Of a stretch of 64,000 bases of DNA, positions 17,111 to 26,598 are shown piece after piece (position 1 is the first letter of the stretch; every line of letters begins with the position of its first letter). Origin of the DNA: Gemmatimonadales bacterium (GTDB taxonomy: Bacteria > Gemmatimonadota > Gemmatimonadetes > Gemmatimonadales > Gemmatimonadaceae); assembly GCA_038215035.1 (NCBI GenBank), contig JBBQRH010000014.1, forward strand, positions 2,312-66,311. Reading direction: 5' to 3'. The notes below the pieces were generated by a model, which worked only from the letters and a program-made list of their open reading frames with translations, made no database searches and was not told the DNA's origin. The translations under genes and the position numbers were made by a program.

Positions 17111-19699
17111 TCAGAGAGTCGACAGCGTTTCCGCCACGCGGGCGGCGTAAAAATCAATGATACGACGTTCCGCCTCGGCCCACGGCCGAAGCACCCGCTG
17201 CGCCGGTGGCAGGGCGTCGAGCAGGTCGCGCCCATACCGCTTGGTCACCACGCGCACATCGTCGAGGACGATCACACCGCGGTCGGTCGCCGTGCGGATC
17301 AGTCGACCCACGCCCTGCTTGAGACGCAAGGTGGCATGCGGCAACATGTACTCCATGAACGGGTCTCCACCGCGCGCCTCGATCGCGTCGCACTGCGCCG
17401 ACACCATCGGCTCCGTTGGAACGCGAAACGGCAGTTTGTTAATCACCAGGCCACGCAGCGCGTGCCCGGGGACGTCGACCCCTTCCCAGAACGTTGCGGT
17501 GCCGACCAGAATCGCTCTCCCGGACTGCCGGAAGCGCTTGAGCAGCGTATCCCGACCATCTTCGCCGTGCACCAGCAGCGGCCATCCATGTGCGACCGCA
17601 GCGTCGCGCAGCAACCCTGAGAGGGCCCGCACATCACGATGGCTGGTGCACAACACGAACAATCCGCCGTCGCTCGCCTCAGCGACATCGAGCACGTGCC
17701 CGACCACCGCGCGTTGGTGCCCCACCGGATCGAGATTGGGCGCGGGCGTATCGCTCGGCACCACCAGCATCGCGTTCTCGCCGTAATCGAACGGCGAAGG
17801 AAACTGCGCCGTCTCCACTTGGGTCTCGGCGTCGTCCAGCCCGAGCCGGCCGAGCAGGAAACTGAAGTTGGCATTCGGCGTCAGCGTCGCACTCGTCACC
17901 ACCGTACTGCTCAATCGACCGAACAGATCATCGCGCAAAATTGGCGCCAGATCGAGCGGGACGCTGTACAGCAGGACAGTCGGCGAAGTGTTTCCGCGTG
18001 TGCTCGCGCCATCAGCGCGGCCACGCAGCTCTGCCCAACGGACAAAGCCCTTGGCGTCATCCGGCGGATCGAGCGTCGCACGCAATGCATCCACGTGAGA
18101 GGAAGTGCGAGAGCCGACACCACGCAACTCCTGCAGCAGCCCGAGCAGCGCCTCATCCCGTTCATCCTCGGTTTCGAGACGCTCGCGGATCAGGCGCAAG
18201 TTCTCACCGATCGACTCGAGGGCCGTCACCAGATTCCGCAGCGCAGCCTGCAACCCATCCCGCCAGACTGCTTCACTGTGCAGGTCGGGAGTGAGCCGGA
18301 TGGTGGCCACCTTGCTCTCCTGCAGCCAGAGGGCGATTCGATCGAACAGCTGCGCGGCGTCACCGCGTGCGTTCTCGACCGCAGGCCGGAGCCGGGCCCG
18401 CAGCAGGTCGAGGCTCGCCACGCTGAGCAGGTCACCGCGCGCCATCAACCGCGTCTCGAGCGTTGGCAACAGGCCCTTGGCCTCGCGCCCCCCGCGACGC
18501 TCCAGACGATTCAGCAGCTTGGAAACGGCACGGTTCGAGACACTGCTCCCGAGATGATTCGCCGCCGCATCCTCGAGATGATGGCCTTCGTCGACGACGA
18601 GATGTGAGTATGCCGGCAGCACGGCGGCTTCTGCCCAGTTCTGTGAGGCGCGTCGCACGGCAATGTCAGCCAGCAACAGCGAATGGTTCACCACGACCAC
18701 GTCCGCCGTGGCCGCAAGCCGGCGAGCCTTGAACACGAAGCAGGCATCGAAGTAACTGCATTTCAGTCGCGTACAGAGATCACCCTCCGCCGCGACTTCG
18801 TCCCACACATCCGGCCGCGGTGGAGTTGGCAGATCGCTGAGCGAACCGTCGCTGCTGGCCTTCGCCCATTCACCCAGCAGTCGCAACTCCTCACGCTGCG
18901 GCGCCTCGAACAAGGACGCACTGGCAGCGTCGGCCTGCGCCAGTCGCGCCAGACAGAGATAGTTGCGCCACCCCTTGAGCAACGCAAACCGTACCGGCTG
19001 GTCACTGAGCAGGTCAGCCAGCAGCGGCAGATCCTTGCCGACCAGCTGCTCCTGCAACGTGATCGTGTTGGTGCTGACGACCGTCCGCTCCTGATTGGCG
19101 GCCGCCCAGCGCAGCGCGGGCACCAGATAGGCCATCGACTTGCCGACGCCCGTTCCCGCTTCGAGCAGCGCCACGCCACCGTCCGCGTAGGTGCGCGCAA
19201 TGGTCGTCGCCATGTCACGTTGCCCATCGCGTGATTCATACGAGCCGAACCCACGAGCGAGCGGCCCCTCCGGCCCGAAATCCCGCTCGATCGAGGACGC
19301 GGGAATGACCGTCTTCGCCACGATGCGCGGCACTTCCGTCACGACGTAGAGGTCGGTGACATCGTTGTCCGTGATGCCGAAGCCGACGCCATCGTCATGC
19401 AATCGCGCGGCGATATTCAGATCCGCATCACTCGGCTCCAGCCACCCGGAGGGATGGTTGTGGACGAGCATCTCACCACGCTGCGCCACGCCGGGCAACG
19501 CCAGCACCTGACCGGTCGTCCCGCGCGCCACGGCGCGCGCTGATGTCAGCGTGCCGCCCACATCCACCGCGCAGACGAAACAGACTTCACGACCACCCGC
19601 CAGGCGAATCGCCACCCGCATGGCCATCGCCGCGGCCGTCGCAATGCGAAAGTCGGGTGGGGTCTCGTCAGTCCTGGCAGCCTTGGCGCGGCGCGTCAT
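17111..19699 (-). CDS. dinG: DinG/XPD-family Fe-S DNA helicase with an N-terminal RadC-like JAB (JAMM) domain
   Basis: N-terminus: LVHNHPSGWLEPSDADL (H-x-H-P-x6-S-x2-D, codons 19421-19462). Helicase: Walker A AGTGVGKS, DEGH box VVDEGHHLE, four Cys (YLCLARL, LCTRLKCSYFDAC), and C-terminal motifs TATFWEGVDVPG and QGVGRLIR. Confidence 0.85.
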   Translation of the reverse strand: MTRRAKAARTDETPPDFRIATAAAMAMRVAIRLAGGREVCFVCAVDVGGTLTSARAVARGTTGQVLALPGVAQRGEMLVHNHPSGWLEPSDADLNIAARLHDDGVGFGITDNDVTDLYVVTEVPRIVAKTVIPASSIERDFGPEGPLARGFGSYESRDGQRDMATTIARTYADGGVALLEAGTGVGKSMAYLVPALRWAAANQERTVVSTNTITLQEQLVGKDLPLLADLLSDQPVRFALLKGWRNYLCLARLAQADAASASLFEAPQREELRLLGEWAKASSDGSLSDLPTPPRPDVWDEVAAEGDLCTRLKCSYFDACFVFKARRLAATADVVVVNHSLLLADIAVRRASQNWAEAAVLPAYSHLVVDEGHHLEDAAANHLGSSVSNRAVSKLLNRLERRGGREAKGLLPTLETRLMARGDLLSVASLDLLRARLRPAVENARGDAAQLFDRIALWLQESKVATIRLTPDLHSEAVWRDGLQAALRNLVTALESIGENLRLIRERLETEDERDEALLGLLQELRGVGSRTSSHVDALRATLDPPDDAKGFVRWAELRGRADGASTRGNTSPTVLLYSVPLDLAPILRDDLFGRLSSTVVTSATLTPNANFSFLLGRLGLDDAETQVETAQFPSPFDYGENAMLVVPSDTPAPNLDPVGHQRAVVGHVLDVAEASDGGLFVLCTSHRDVRALSGLLRDAAVAHGWPLLVHGEDGRDTLLKRFRQSGRAILVGTATFWEGVDVPGHALRGLVINKLPFRVPTEPMVSAQCDAIEARGGDPFMEYMLPHATLRLKQGVGRLIRTATDRGVIVLDDVRVVTKRYGRDLLDALPPAQRVLRPWAEAERRIIDFYAARVAETLSTL

Positions 19700-19743
19700 G
19701 CTGCAATCTACGCACCCGGCAATCCACCCTGTGCGAGAATACG

Positions 19744-20205
19744 CTAGGATCGCAGAATGGTCGTCAGGTCGGCCTGAACGACCCGCTGCGCGCCGACGCG
19801 CGCCACGCCGTGACTGCGGCAGATGCCACGACGAAACTGCCGCAGCTCGACACTCAGATCGAGCATGTCGCCGGGCATCGCGTCGGAGCGGAACCGCACC
19901 CGATCGATCCCGATGAAATAGCCGATGGCGCCCGATTTGCCGTCGAGCAGCGCCACCAGGATCGCCGCCGACAGCTGCGCCAGCGCTTCCACGATCAACA
20001 GATGCGGCATGGCATGCACGCGACCAATGGCGCCCACACCGATCAGCGAGGACTCACTGCCAGTGACCGCCTTGGTGCCCGTGACGCGCCGACCGGGCTC
20101 CTGCACCGTGATGGTATCCAGCAGCAGGAACGGAAATCGATGCGGCAGGAGCGCGAATGGATCGATCACGGTCGGCGTCGCCGCCGTCGCCTCGTGTGTC
20201 ATCAC
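19744..20205 (-). CDS. FabZ-like hotdog-fold (3R)-hydroxyacyl-ACP dehydratase homologue
   Basis: LLPHRFPFLLLD, MPHLLIVEALAQ, YFIGIDRVRFRSDAMPGD. The usual GHFP His context reads IGVGAIGRVH. The listed start is GTG 20205, followed immediately by an ATG. Confidence 0.7.
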   Translation of the reverse strand: MMTHEATAATPTVIDPFALLPHRFPFLLLDTITVQEPGRRVTGTKAVTGSESSLIGVGAIGRVHAMPHLLIVEALAQLSAAILVALLDGKSGAIGYFIGIDRVRFRSDAMPGDMLDLSVELRQFRRGICRSHGVARVGAQRVVQADLTTILRS

Positions 20206-21461
20206 GTCTTGCGCGGCTTCTTCTGTGCGGCGGGGAACAGCACGTTGTTCAGGATCAGGCGGTAGCCCGGCGATGACGGATACAGCGACAGGTCGGTTGG
20301 TGCCGCACCCACCTCATGCTGCGGATCTTCGGGATCGTGGCCACCAAGGAAGGTCCACGCCCCCTTGCCGTAACTGCCGTGGATGTACTTCGCGAATGGC
20401 ATGCCATCTTCATAGGCCAGCACCCGCGTACCCGGCTTGAGCGTCGACTTGGTGAAGCTGGTGGTCACACCGTAGTAGTCCTGCAGCACACTGCGATGAT
20501 TCTGTGTCAGCATGGTCGGCACCGGATCCAGTTTCGCCGAGAACGCGAACAGGCTGAACGTCCCCAGCGCACGACGCCGACCCGGCACATTCACCTGATG
20601 CCCGTCGATGTCGCTCATGCTGTTGATCAGCGGACTTGGTTCGAGGTGCGCATTCTGCACCGCAAACGCGCGCGACCAGTCCATCTTCTGGTCAGCGTCG
20701 GCATCCATCGGCGTACCATCCGCAAAGCCACTGGAGATATCGACGTTTGCGCCGGCGATCGCCAGCTCCAGTGTCTCCGTCGCACCACACATTGCGAACA
20801 GGAAGCCACCATTTTCGACGTAGGACCGCATCTTCTCCGCGACGGCCTTCTTCAGCGCCGGCACGTTGTTGAAGCCAAGCTGTCTGGCCTGCGCGACTGT
20901 GCGATTCACCTGATTGATGAACCACGGGCTGCCGCGATACGAGATGTAGAACTTGTTGTACTGACCGGTGAAGTCTTCGTGGTGCAGGTGCAGCCACTCA
21001 TACTTCGACAGGTCGCCGGCAATCACCTCCGGGTCCCACACCTTCGTGTACGGAATCCCCGCGTAGTCGAGCGCAATCGTCACCGCATCATCCCACGGAT
21101 TGGCGCTGGGTGGCGAATAGATGGCAACCTTCGGTGCCCGCTCCAGCGGCACCGCATCGAAGTTGCCGCCGGCCATCTCAGTCCGGATCGCGGCCAGCGC
21201 GCCGGCGTCCAGCGGTGTCAGCGATACCCCGTCGATCCCGGCGCGGCGGCGGGTTGCCGGCGAGTCGAGCAACAGAAACGCGCCCCCACGGTAGTTCAGC
21301 AGCCACTCGGCCTTTTCCGTGCGCTGGAGCGCGCTGTACGTCAGGCCGTAGGCCTTCAGATGATTGCGCTGCGCGTCGTCCATCGGGACCAGCAGGTGCT
21401 GCGCCGCGAGTGGCGACGCGGCGCTTACAGCGAGGAGCACCACTTGTAGCCATCGGTGCAT
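20202..21461 (-). CDS. Secreted hypothetical protein (signal peptide; possible amidotransferase-like fold)
   Basis: Signal peptide MHRWLQVVLLAVSAASPLAAQ. Cys-containing FLFAMCGATE. Overlaps both neighbours (TGATG upstream, 4 nt downstream). Family not recognised with confidence. Confidence 0.6.
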   Translation of the reverse strand: MHRWLQVVLLAVSAASPLAAQHLLVPMDDAQRNHLKAYGLTYSALQRTEKAEWLLNYRGGAFLLLDSPATRRRAGIDGVSLTPLDAGALAAIRTEMAGGNFDAVPLERAPKVAIYSPPSANPWDDAVTIALDYAGIPYTKVWDPEVIAGDLSKYEWLHLHHEDFTGQYNKFYISYRGSPWFINQVNRTVAQARQLGFNNVPALKKAVAEKMRSYVENGGFLFAMCGATETLELAIAGANVDISSGFADGTPMDADADQKMDWSRAFAVQNAHLEPSPLINSMSDIDGHQVNVPGRRRALGTFSLFAFSAKLDPVPTMLTQNHRSVLQDYYGVTTSFTKSTLKPGTRVLAYEDGMPFAKYIHGSYGKGAWTFLGGHDPEDPQHEVGAAPTDLSLYPSSPGYRLILNNVLFPAAQKKPRKT

Positions 21462-23155
21462 CAGGAGGTCCCCGCCATGCGACGAGCCGCATCGAGTTCA
21501 CGACGCGCCTGAGGAGCCAGCGCACTGCCGGGATACGTGAGCAACAGGTGTTCCAACCGGGCGATGGCCGTGCCACCATCGCGTCCACGAAGCGCGGCAC
21601 GCGCCCATTCCAGATCCCCTTCCGGTGCCTCGGGACTGGTACTGAAATCACTCACGATCCGCGTCCAGAGCGGCACCGCGCGCGCATCATCACCGCGCGC
21701 CGTCAACAGGCGCGCGGCCATCGCCAGCACCAAGGGGGCGGCATCACCGACCTCGGTTGTGGTGCTCAGCAACTGCGTCAGCGCCGCCGCGGTATCGCGC
21801 CGCGCCAACGCCGTGAATGCCGAACCAATCGCCGTCGATGTCGGCAGGGTCGTGCGTGAGAGGAGTGCCCGCGGCGACAGGAGGAGCGTGTTCGACGCGT
21901 CCGCATTGCGTAACGCCAGGCGCGCCTTGTCCAGATCTCCATCGTAGATCGCCAGCAGCGCGGTGGCCTCGTCCTCGTCAAGTCGCGCCACGAGGGGCCT
22001 CGCGCGCGCGGCATCTCCGACACGCAGCCACGCCCACATCAGTTCGCGCTCGAGCATTTGCAACTGCACCGGAACGACCTTCGGACGCACTGAATCGACG
22101 AGCGCCAACGCGTCCGCGGCACGTCCCAACGCGGCCAGCGAGCGCAGACGCACCGGCACCGCGTCGCGCAGCCCAAGCTGCGGCGAGAGCACTCCCTGCG
22201 CCGCCGAGGCCAGTTGCAATGCCGTCGCCGCCTCACCACTCGCCAGCGCCGCGTCGGCGGCCCGCAGCGCGCTCGCCGCCTCGCCGGTCTTGCGGTAGAT
22301 CGCGGCCCACGCCTCGCGCGAGGCCACCGGCATGCTGCGCGCGTCCGCCTCGTCTGCGAACTCCTTCCACGCCGCCACCGCGTCCGCATCCGCCTTCACC
22401 CCCGTAAACGCCAGCCAGGCTTGCCGTGGCTGCGACCAGATCAGCTCCAGCGACGCCAGCACACGTCGCGCCGGCAGCCAGATTGGCTCGGCGGTCAGAT
22501 TGGTGCGCACGGAATCCCGCGCCGCACCAGTCGCCAGTGAGAGCGCGAAGATCGCGGCTTGGTATAGCTGCGGCGTCTGCGTCAGTGTTTCGCGCCAGCG
22601 CCGCGACGCCTCGTTCCACATCCGTTGCGCCGCCGCAACCTGTGCCAGTTCCGCACTGAAGTCGCGCGGGTCACGGACCATCCGCGCGGCCACGGTCAGG
22701 ACCGAATCGGCGGCGGCCGATCGGCCTGACTCCAGCAACAACCGCGCATACTCCTTGAACGGCGCCGCCTCACCCGGGACGGCGCGGACCCAGTCACGAA
22801 CGGCGGCGGTGAGTTCATCGTCCCGCTGCAGCGCTGACAACGTGCGCAACTGCACCGACCGCACCACACCGCTTCGGGGATCAGCCCGGACCGCACTCCG
22901 CACCAGCGGCACGAGCGAATCGATCATGCCAAGCGTCGTGTACACGCGCTCCAGACCGAGCAGCGCCGGCATCATCCCGGTGCCGGAAAACGCCCGGCGA
23001 TACAGCACTGCCGCATCGCGCGGCTTGCTGTCCTCGAGATCCAGCGCGCGCAACACCAGTGAGTCCGTCGTGCTCGTGCCCAGCTCCTGCGCACGCACCG
23101 GCACTGTGACCGCAAGCGCCAGACTTGCGGCCAACGCCCACGATCGGGCAGCCAT
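21461..23155 (-). CDS. Secreted TPR-like helical-repeat protein
   Basis: Start moved to ATG 23155 (MAARSWALAASLALAVTVPVRAQ signal peptide), which shares one nt with the upstream TGA (tgatg). Ala/Leu/Arg-rich helical-repeat composition throughout. Confidence 0.6.
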   Translation of the reverse strand: MAARSWALAASLALAVTVPVRAQELGTSTTDSLVLRALDLEDSKPRDAAVLYRRAFSGTGMMPALLGLERVYTTLGMIDSLVPLVRSAVRADPRSGVVRSVQLRTLSALQRDDELTAAVRDWVRAVPGEAAPFKEYARLLLESGRSAAADSVLTVAARMVRDPRDFSAELAQVAAAQRMWNEASRRWRETLTQTPQLYQAAIFALSLATGAARDSVRTNLTAEPIWLPARRVLASLELIWSQPRQAWLAFTGVKADADAVAAWKEFADEADARSMPVASREAWAAIYRKTGEAASALRAADAALASGEAATALQLASAAQGVLSPQLGLRDAVPVRLRSLAALGRAADALALVDSVRPKVVPVQLQMLERELMWAWLRVGDAARARPLVARLDEDEATALLAIYDGDLDKARLALRNADASNTLLLSPRALLSRTTLPTSTAIGSAFTALARRDTAAALTQLLSTTTEVGDAAPLVLAMAARLLTARGDDARAVPLWTRIVSDFSTSPEAPEGDLEWARAALRGRDGGTAIARLEHLLLTYPGSALAPQARRELDAARRMAGTS

Positions 23156-26100
23156 CACGGTTTTGCTCCCGTCTTGTTCAGGCGTTCGAAGTATTGCAGC
23201 ACGGCGCGGCGTTCGTCCTCGCGCAGTCCGCGCAGCTCGTCCCACGTCGGCGGGGCCACCCGCGAGGCCGGCGCGCCCGTGACGGGAATGGTCGGCGGCG
23301 CGAAGGCGGCCGTCCCGATGCCGGGCTTGGACTCGCGCGGCCCCTCCTTTTCCTCATCTTCACGCCGCAAGGTGCGCCCGGCATCGAGCAATCGCTGCAG
23401 GAACTGCTCGCGACGCGCGGCGGTTTCCGGATCGCCGGCCGCGCGCTCCATCGCATCAGCCAGTCGCTTCGCTTCCTTCGCCAGCGCGTCGGCGCGCCCA
23501 CTCGCATCACCACCACCAACGTCATCCAGCCGCTGCGCAATCTGCCGCTGCTTGCGCGCAATGGCCTGTGCCATCTGTTGCGCCTGCGAGCCGCTCTCGC
23601 CGCCAGGCATCATCGACATTCCCTGGGCCTGTCCATTCACCTGCTGCTGCTGGCGCGCCAACTGCTGCATCTCCTCCATCATTTCCGGCAACCCGCTGGC
23701 CGAGCGGGCGCGGCTCGCACGCTCGCGATCACGCACGAGGCTCGACGCCGCGCGCTCCATCGCTTCGGCGGCGTCGCGCATTGCGGCCGCCGACGCTTCG
23801 CCGTTCTGCTGCTGCTGCTGGCCACCAGGTTGACCCGCGCCTTTCTGCATCTGCTGCGTGGCTTCCTGCGCCCGCTGCACCGCTTCCTGCATCGCGCGCT
23901 GCGAGCCCTGACTCACATGCTGCGAGCGTCGGGCGGCCTCCTGCAATCGCTGCGCCGCCTGCTGCACGCCATTCTGCACCGTGGCCTGCTCAGCGGCCTG
24001 CTGCTGTTGCTGGCTTTGCTGGCCTTGTTGGCCCTCCTGCCCCTTCTGGCCTTGTTGGCCCTCCTGCCCCTTCTGGCCCTGTTGACCCTTCTGTCCCTGC
24101 TCTCCCGGCTGGCCCTGTTGCTTCTGACCCTCCTGACCCGGCTGCGGCTGCCCTTGCTGCTGCTTCTGCGCCTGCTGCTGCGCGGCATTCGCCATCTGCC
24201 GTTCCTGCTGGCTGAGCTGCATCATTTCCTGAATCGACTGGTCCAGCTCCGAGGTCGTTTCGCGCTTCCAGTCGTTCACCTGTTCCTGCCGGGCCTTCGC
24301 GAGTTCATCGGCCGCCTGCTGCATCGCCTGCGCCGCGCGCTCGGTGGCCTGCTGGCCCGACTGCGGATCGCGCGCGGCCTCCTGCATCTGGCGCGTCGCT
24401 GTTTCGCTGTTCTGCCGCGCCTGCTCGGTGCGCTGGGCCCCGCGCTGCGCGTCAGACTCACGCAAACGCTTGGTGAGTTGGTTGATGTCGCGGCTCAGTT
24501 GCTCGTTCTGCCGCGCCAGACGGTCCGCCTGCTGTTGACGCTGCGCCGCGGTCGCACTGCCGGACGAATCAGCCAGCTTGCGCTGCGCATTCGCCATGTC
24601 CTGCGCTTCGTCGCGTAGTGTCTCCATACTGCCTTCCAGTGCGGCGCGCTTCAGCATCTCGGCGTTCCGCTCGAGCTGCTCGCGCAACGCCTGCTGCTGC
24701 TTCGAGAGATCCTCCAACGATTGCCGTGTCGCTGCCTGATCCTGACGCTGGGCCGACTGCTCAACCTGCTGCAGCCGCTGCATCATCTGCGGCGACAACG
24801 CCTCCTGCATCAGCTTCTGCGCATCCGCCAGCCGCCCCGCCAGCGCTGAATCGAGTGCGCCGGCGCCACGCAGCTGATCGGTGAGTTGCTTCGCCTGTTG
24901 CTGCAGCTGCTGCGCCTGTTGCTGCAACGCCCGCTGCTGGGCGGCCATCTGCGCCGCCTTCTCACGCGCGTCGAAACTCATCGGCTGGCCATTCTCGCCG
25001 CCCGCCTTCGCATTGCGCGCGGCGTCGCTGGTCTGCTGCGCCAGCTGCTGCTGCTGGCGCGCCAGCGACGCCGCACCCGAGGCGACACTATCGGCGGTGG
25101 CGCGCGCCTGCTCACGCCGCTCGGAGACCCCCGCGCGGCGGAGCACCAGCGTGCGACTCCGCGCCACCTGGCGCCACGGCGACGCATCCGTCGCGGTCAC
25201 ATCAACTCGGAGCGACCCATCGTCACCCTGCAGGCCCAACACGTCGAGGTCCAACGGCACCGTCCCCTCGAACGACGGTGCCCGCGTCATCAGCAGCTCT
25301 CGACGTGCCACCACCGTCTCACCCGAGCGAACGGTCATCACCACGGCGGCCAGCGCGTGATCGTCCATCGCCAGCACCGTGACCGATGCCGTCGCGCCCG
25401 ACAGCAGCAGGGTGTCACTGGTGCTCGCGATCTGTACCTGCGGCGCAGAATCGGGTCGAATGTCGAGCGCAAACGATGGCGGCATCTCCTGCAAGCTGGT
25501 GGCGGCGTCCGCACGCCAGTCCCACCGCGCGCTGCGTTCCGCCACCAGTCGCCCCGACACCACATCACCACTCACATCGAGCACCACCCGCGCCCCCTCA
25601 TCACTCACCAGCGCGGCCGCGGTCAACGGCACCGACGCGCGCCCACGCAGCGTCAGCACCGTGCCGCGCGGCAACACCAGCACGCCCGCGAGGGCGACAT
25701 CTTCGTTCACACGGCCGAGATACGCGGGGTAGCTGGCCTCTGCCACGATGTCACCGAGGTATGGCTTGTCCGTGACGCGGATGCGATGCAGCGGTGACGT
25801 CGCTCGACCATCGGTAATCATCAGTGACACGTCGCTGTCGAGCACAGGCAGCGTGCGATACGCGCTGTCATTGACCAGCGGGATGGCATCGGTCACCAGC
25901 GTGCCGTCGCTCTTTCGCATCTCCAGTGTGAGCGCCTTGCGCCCCACACCCCTGACGCGAATCGTCGGACTGGCACCGCGGAGCGCGACCGCCGGCGCCT
26001 CGAGCGCCAGCGGTGGCAGCAACGTGCCGCGCCACGCACCGATCGGATCGGCCAGTGCCTCGGCGCCGTCCGACCAGAGTGCGCAGGCGCCGAGCAGCGC

Positions 26101-26598
26101 AACCAGCGATCCACCGGCCCAGAGCAGTGCGCGCTGACGCACCGCGCGCATCACAGCCTGCGCCTTGGGCGCACGTGGTACTGCGGTACCTGCCAGCGCT
26201 CGCGTGGTGGTAGCGGCGGCGTACGCGCCGAGCGGGCCGCTCTCGGCAACTTCCTGCGCCACCCGAATCTCGCCGCGGCGCAGCTGCTGCTCCGTTTCGA
26301 TCGCCTCGGCCACCGCGTCGGCGGTCGTCGTGCGGCCTTCACGGGCGCCGTACCGTCGCCAGCTCCAGACCGCTGCACCGATCGCGAGCGCCCACACCAC
26401 GAAGGGCACCGCGCGCGGCAACGCCAGCCACCGATCACCGCCGAGCAGCACCACGCCAGCGGCCCCGATCGCACACGCTGGCATCACCGTCCACGCCAGA
26501 CGGGTATCTCGCGCCAGTCGCAGCAGCGCCTGCCGCTCGTCGCGAACGATCGTGGTCAGCTGGCCGAGCGCGCTCTGAGAAAGTGACGGTGCGGTCAT
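23155..26598 (-). CDS. Large membrane protein: N-terminal TM segments, about 330-aa extracytoplasmic region, about 600-aa Gln-rich coiled-coil/low-complexity C-terminal half
   Basis: TM-like AWTVMPACAIGAAGVVLLGG, AVPFVVWALAIGAAVWSW, ALLWAGGSLVALLGACALW. The C-terminal half is dominated by Q/A/E/R heptad-like sequence, including GQKGQEGQQ repeats. ATGA overlap with the upstream gene. Confidence 0.7.
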   Translation of the reverse strand: MTAPSLSQSALGQLTTIVRDERQALLRLARDTRLAWTVMPACAIGAAGVVLLGGDRWLALPRAVPFVVWALAIGAAVWSWRRYGAREGRTTTADAVAEAIETEQQLRRGEIRVAQEVAESGPLGAYAAATTTRALAGTAVPRAPKAQAVMRAVRQRALLWAGGSLVALLGACALWSDGAEALADPIGAWRGTLLPPLALEAPAVALRGASPTIRVRGVGRKALTLEMRKSDGTLVTDAIPLVNDSAYRTLPVLDSDVSLMITDGRATSPLHRIRVTDKPYLGDIVAEASYPAYLGRVNEDVALAGVLVLPRGTVLTLRGRASVPLTAAALVSDEGARVVLDVSGDVVSGRLVAERSARWDWRADAATSLQEMPPSFALDIRPDSAPQVQIASTSDTLLLSGATASVTVLAMDDHALAAVVMTVRSGETVVARRELLMTRAPSFEGTVPLDLDVLGLQGDDGSLRVDVTATDASPWRQVARSRTLVLRRAGVSERREQARATADSVASGAASLARQQQQLAQQTSDAARNAKAGGENGQPMSFDAREKAAQMAAQQRALQQQAQQLQQQAKQLTDQLRGAGALDSALAGRLADAQKLMQEALSPQMMQRLQQVEQSAQRQDQAATRQSLEDLSKQQQALREQLERNAEMLKRAALEGSMETLRDEAQDMANAQRKLADSSGSATAAQRQQQADRLARQNEQLSRDINQLTKRLRESDAQRGAQRTEQARQNSETATRQMQEAARDPQSGQQATERAAQAMQQAADELAKARQEQVNDWKRETTSELDQSIQEMMQLSQQERQMANAAQQQAQKQQQGQPQPGQEGQKQQGQPGEQGQKGQQGQKGQEGQQGQKGQEGQQGQQSQQQQQAAEQATVQNGVQQAAQRLQEAARRSQHVSQGSQRAMQEAVQRAQEATQQMQKGAGQPGGQQQQQNGEASAAAMRDAAEAMERAASSLVRDRERASRARSASGLPEMMEEMQQLARQQQQVNGQAQGMSMMPGGESGSQAQQMAQAIARKQRQIAQRLDDVGGGDASGRADALAKEAKRLADAMERAAGDPETAARREQFLQRLLDAGRTLRREDEEKEGPRESKPGIGTAAFAPPTIPVTGAPASRVAPPTWDELRGLREDERRAVLQYFERLNKTGAKP
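24019..24099 (-). repeat. In-frame 27-bp tandem repeat (two perfect copies plus a degenerate copy) encoding QKGQEGQQG-type nonapeptides
   Basis: ctggccttgttggccctcctgcccctt at 24019-24045 and 24046-24072, then ctggccctgttgacccttctgtccctg. Lies inside the 23155-26598 CDS. Confidence 0.8.

Noticed and set aside
24019-24130. Short tandem repeats that could superficially suggest a CRISPR-like or minisatellite array.
   Set aside because: The units are contiguous 27-mers with no spacers. They are in frame within a CDS and encode a Gln-rich nonapeptide repeat. No cas genes are present.
23125-24618. 497-aa Leu/Arg-rich plus-strand ORF.
   Set aside because: It is the mirror image of the Gln/Ala-rich repeat region on the minus strand (CTG/CAG symmetry). 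The minus-strand frame is continuous with TM segments and is translationally coupled to its neighbours.
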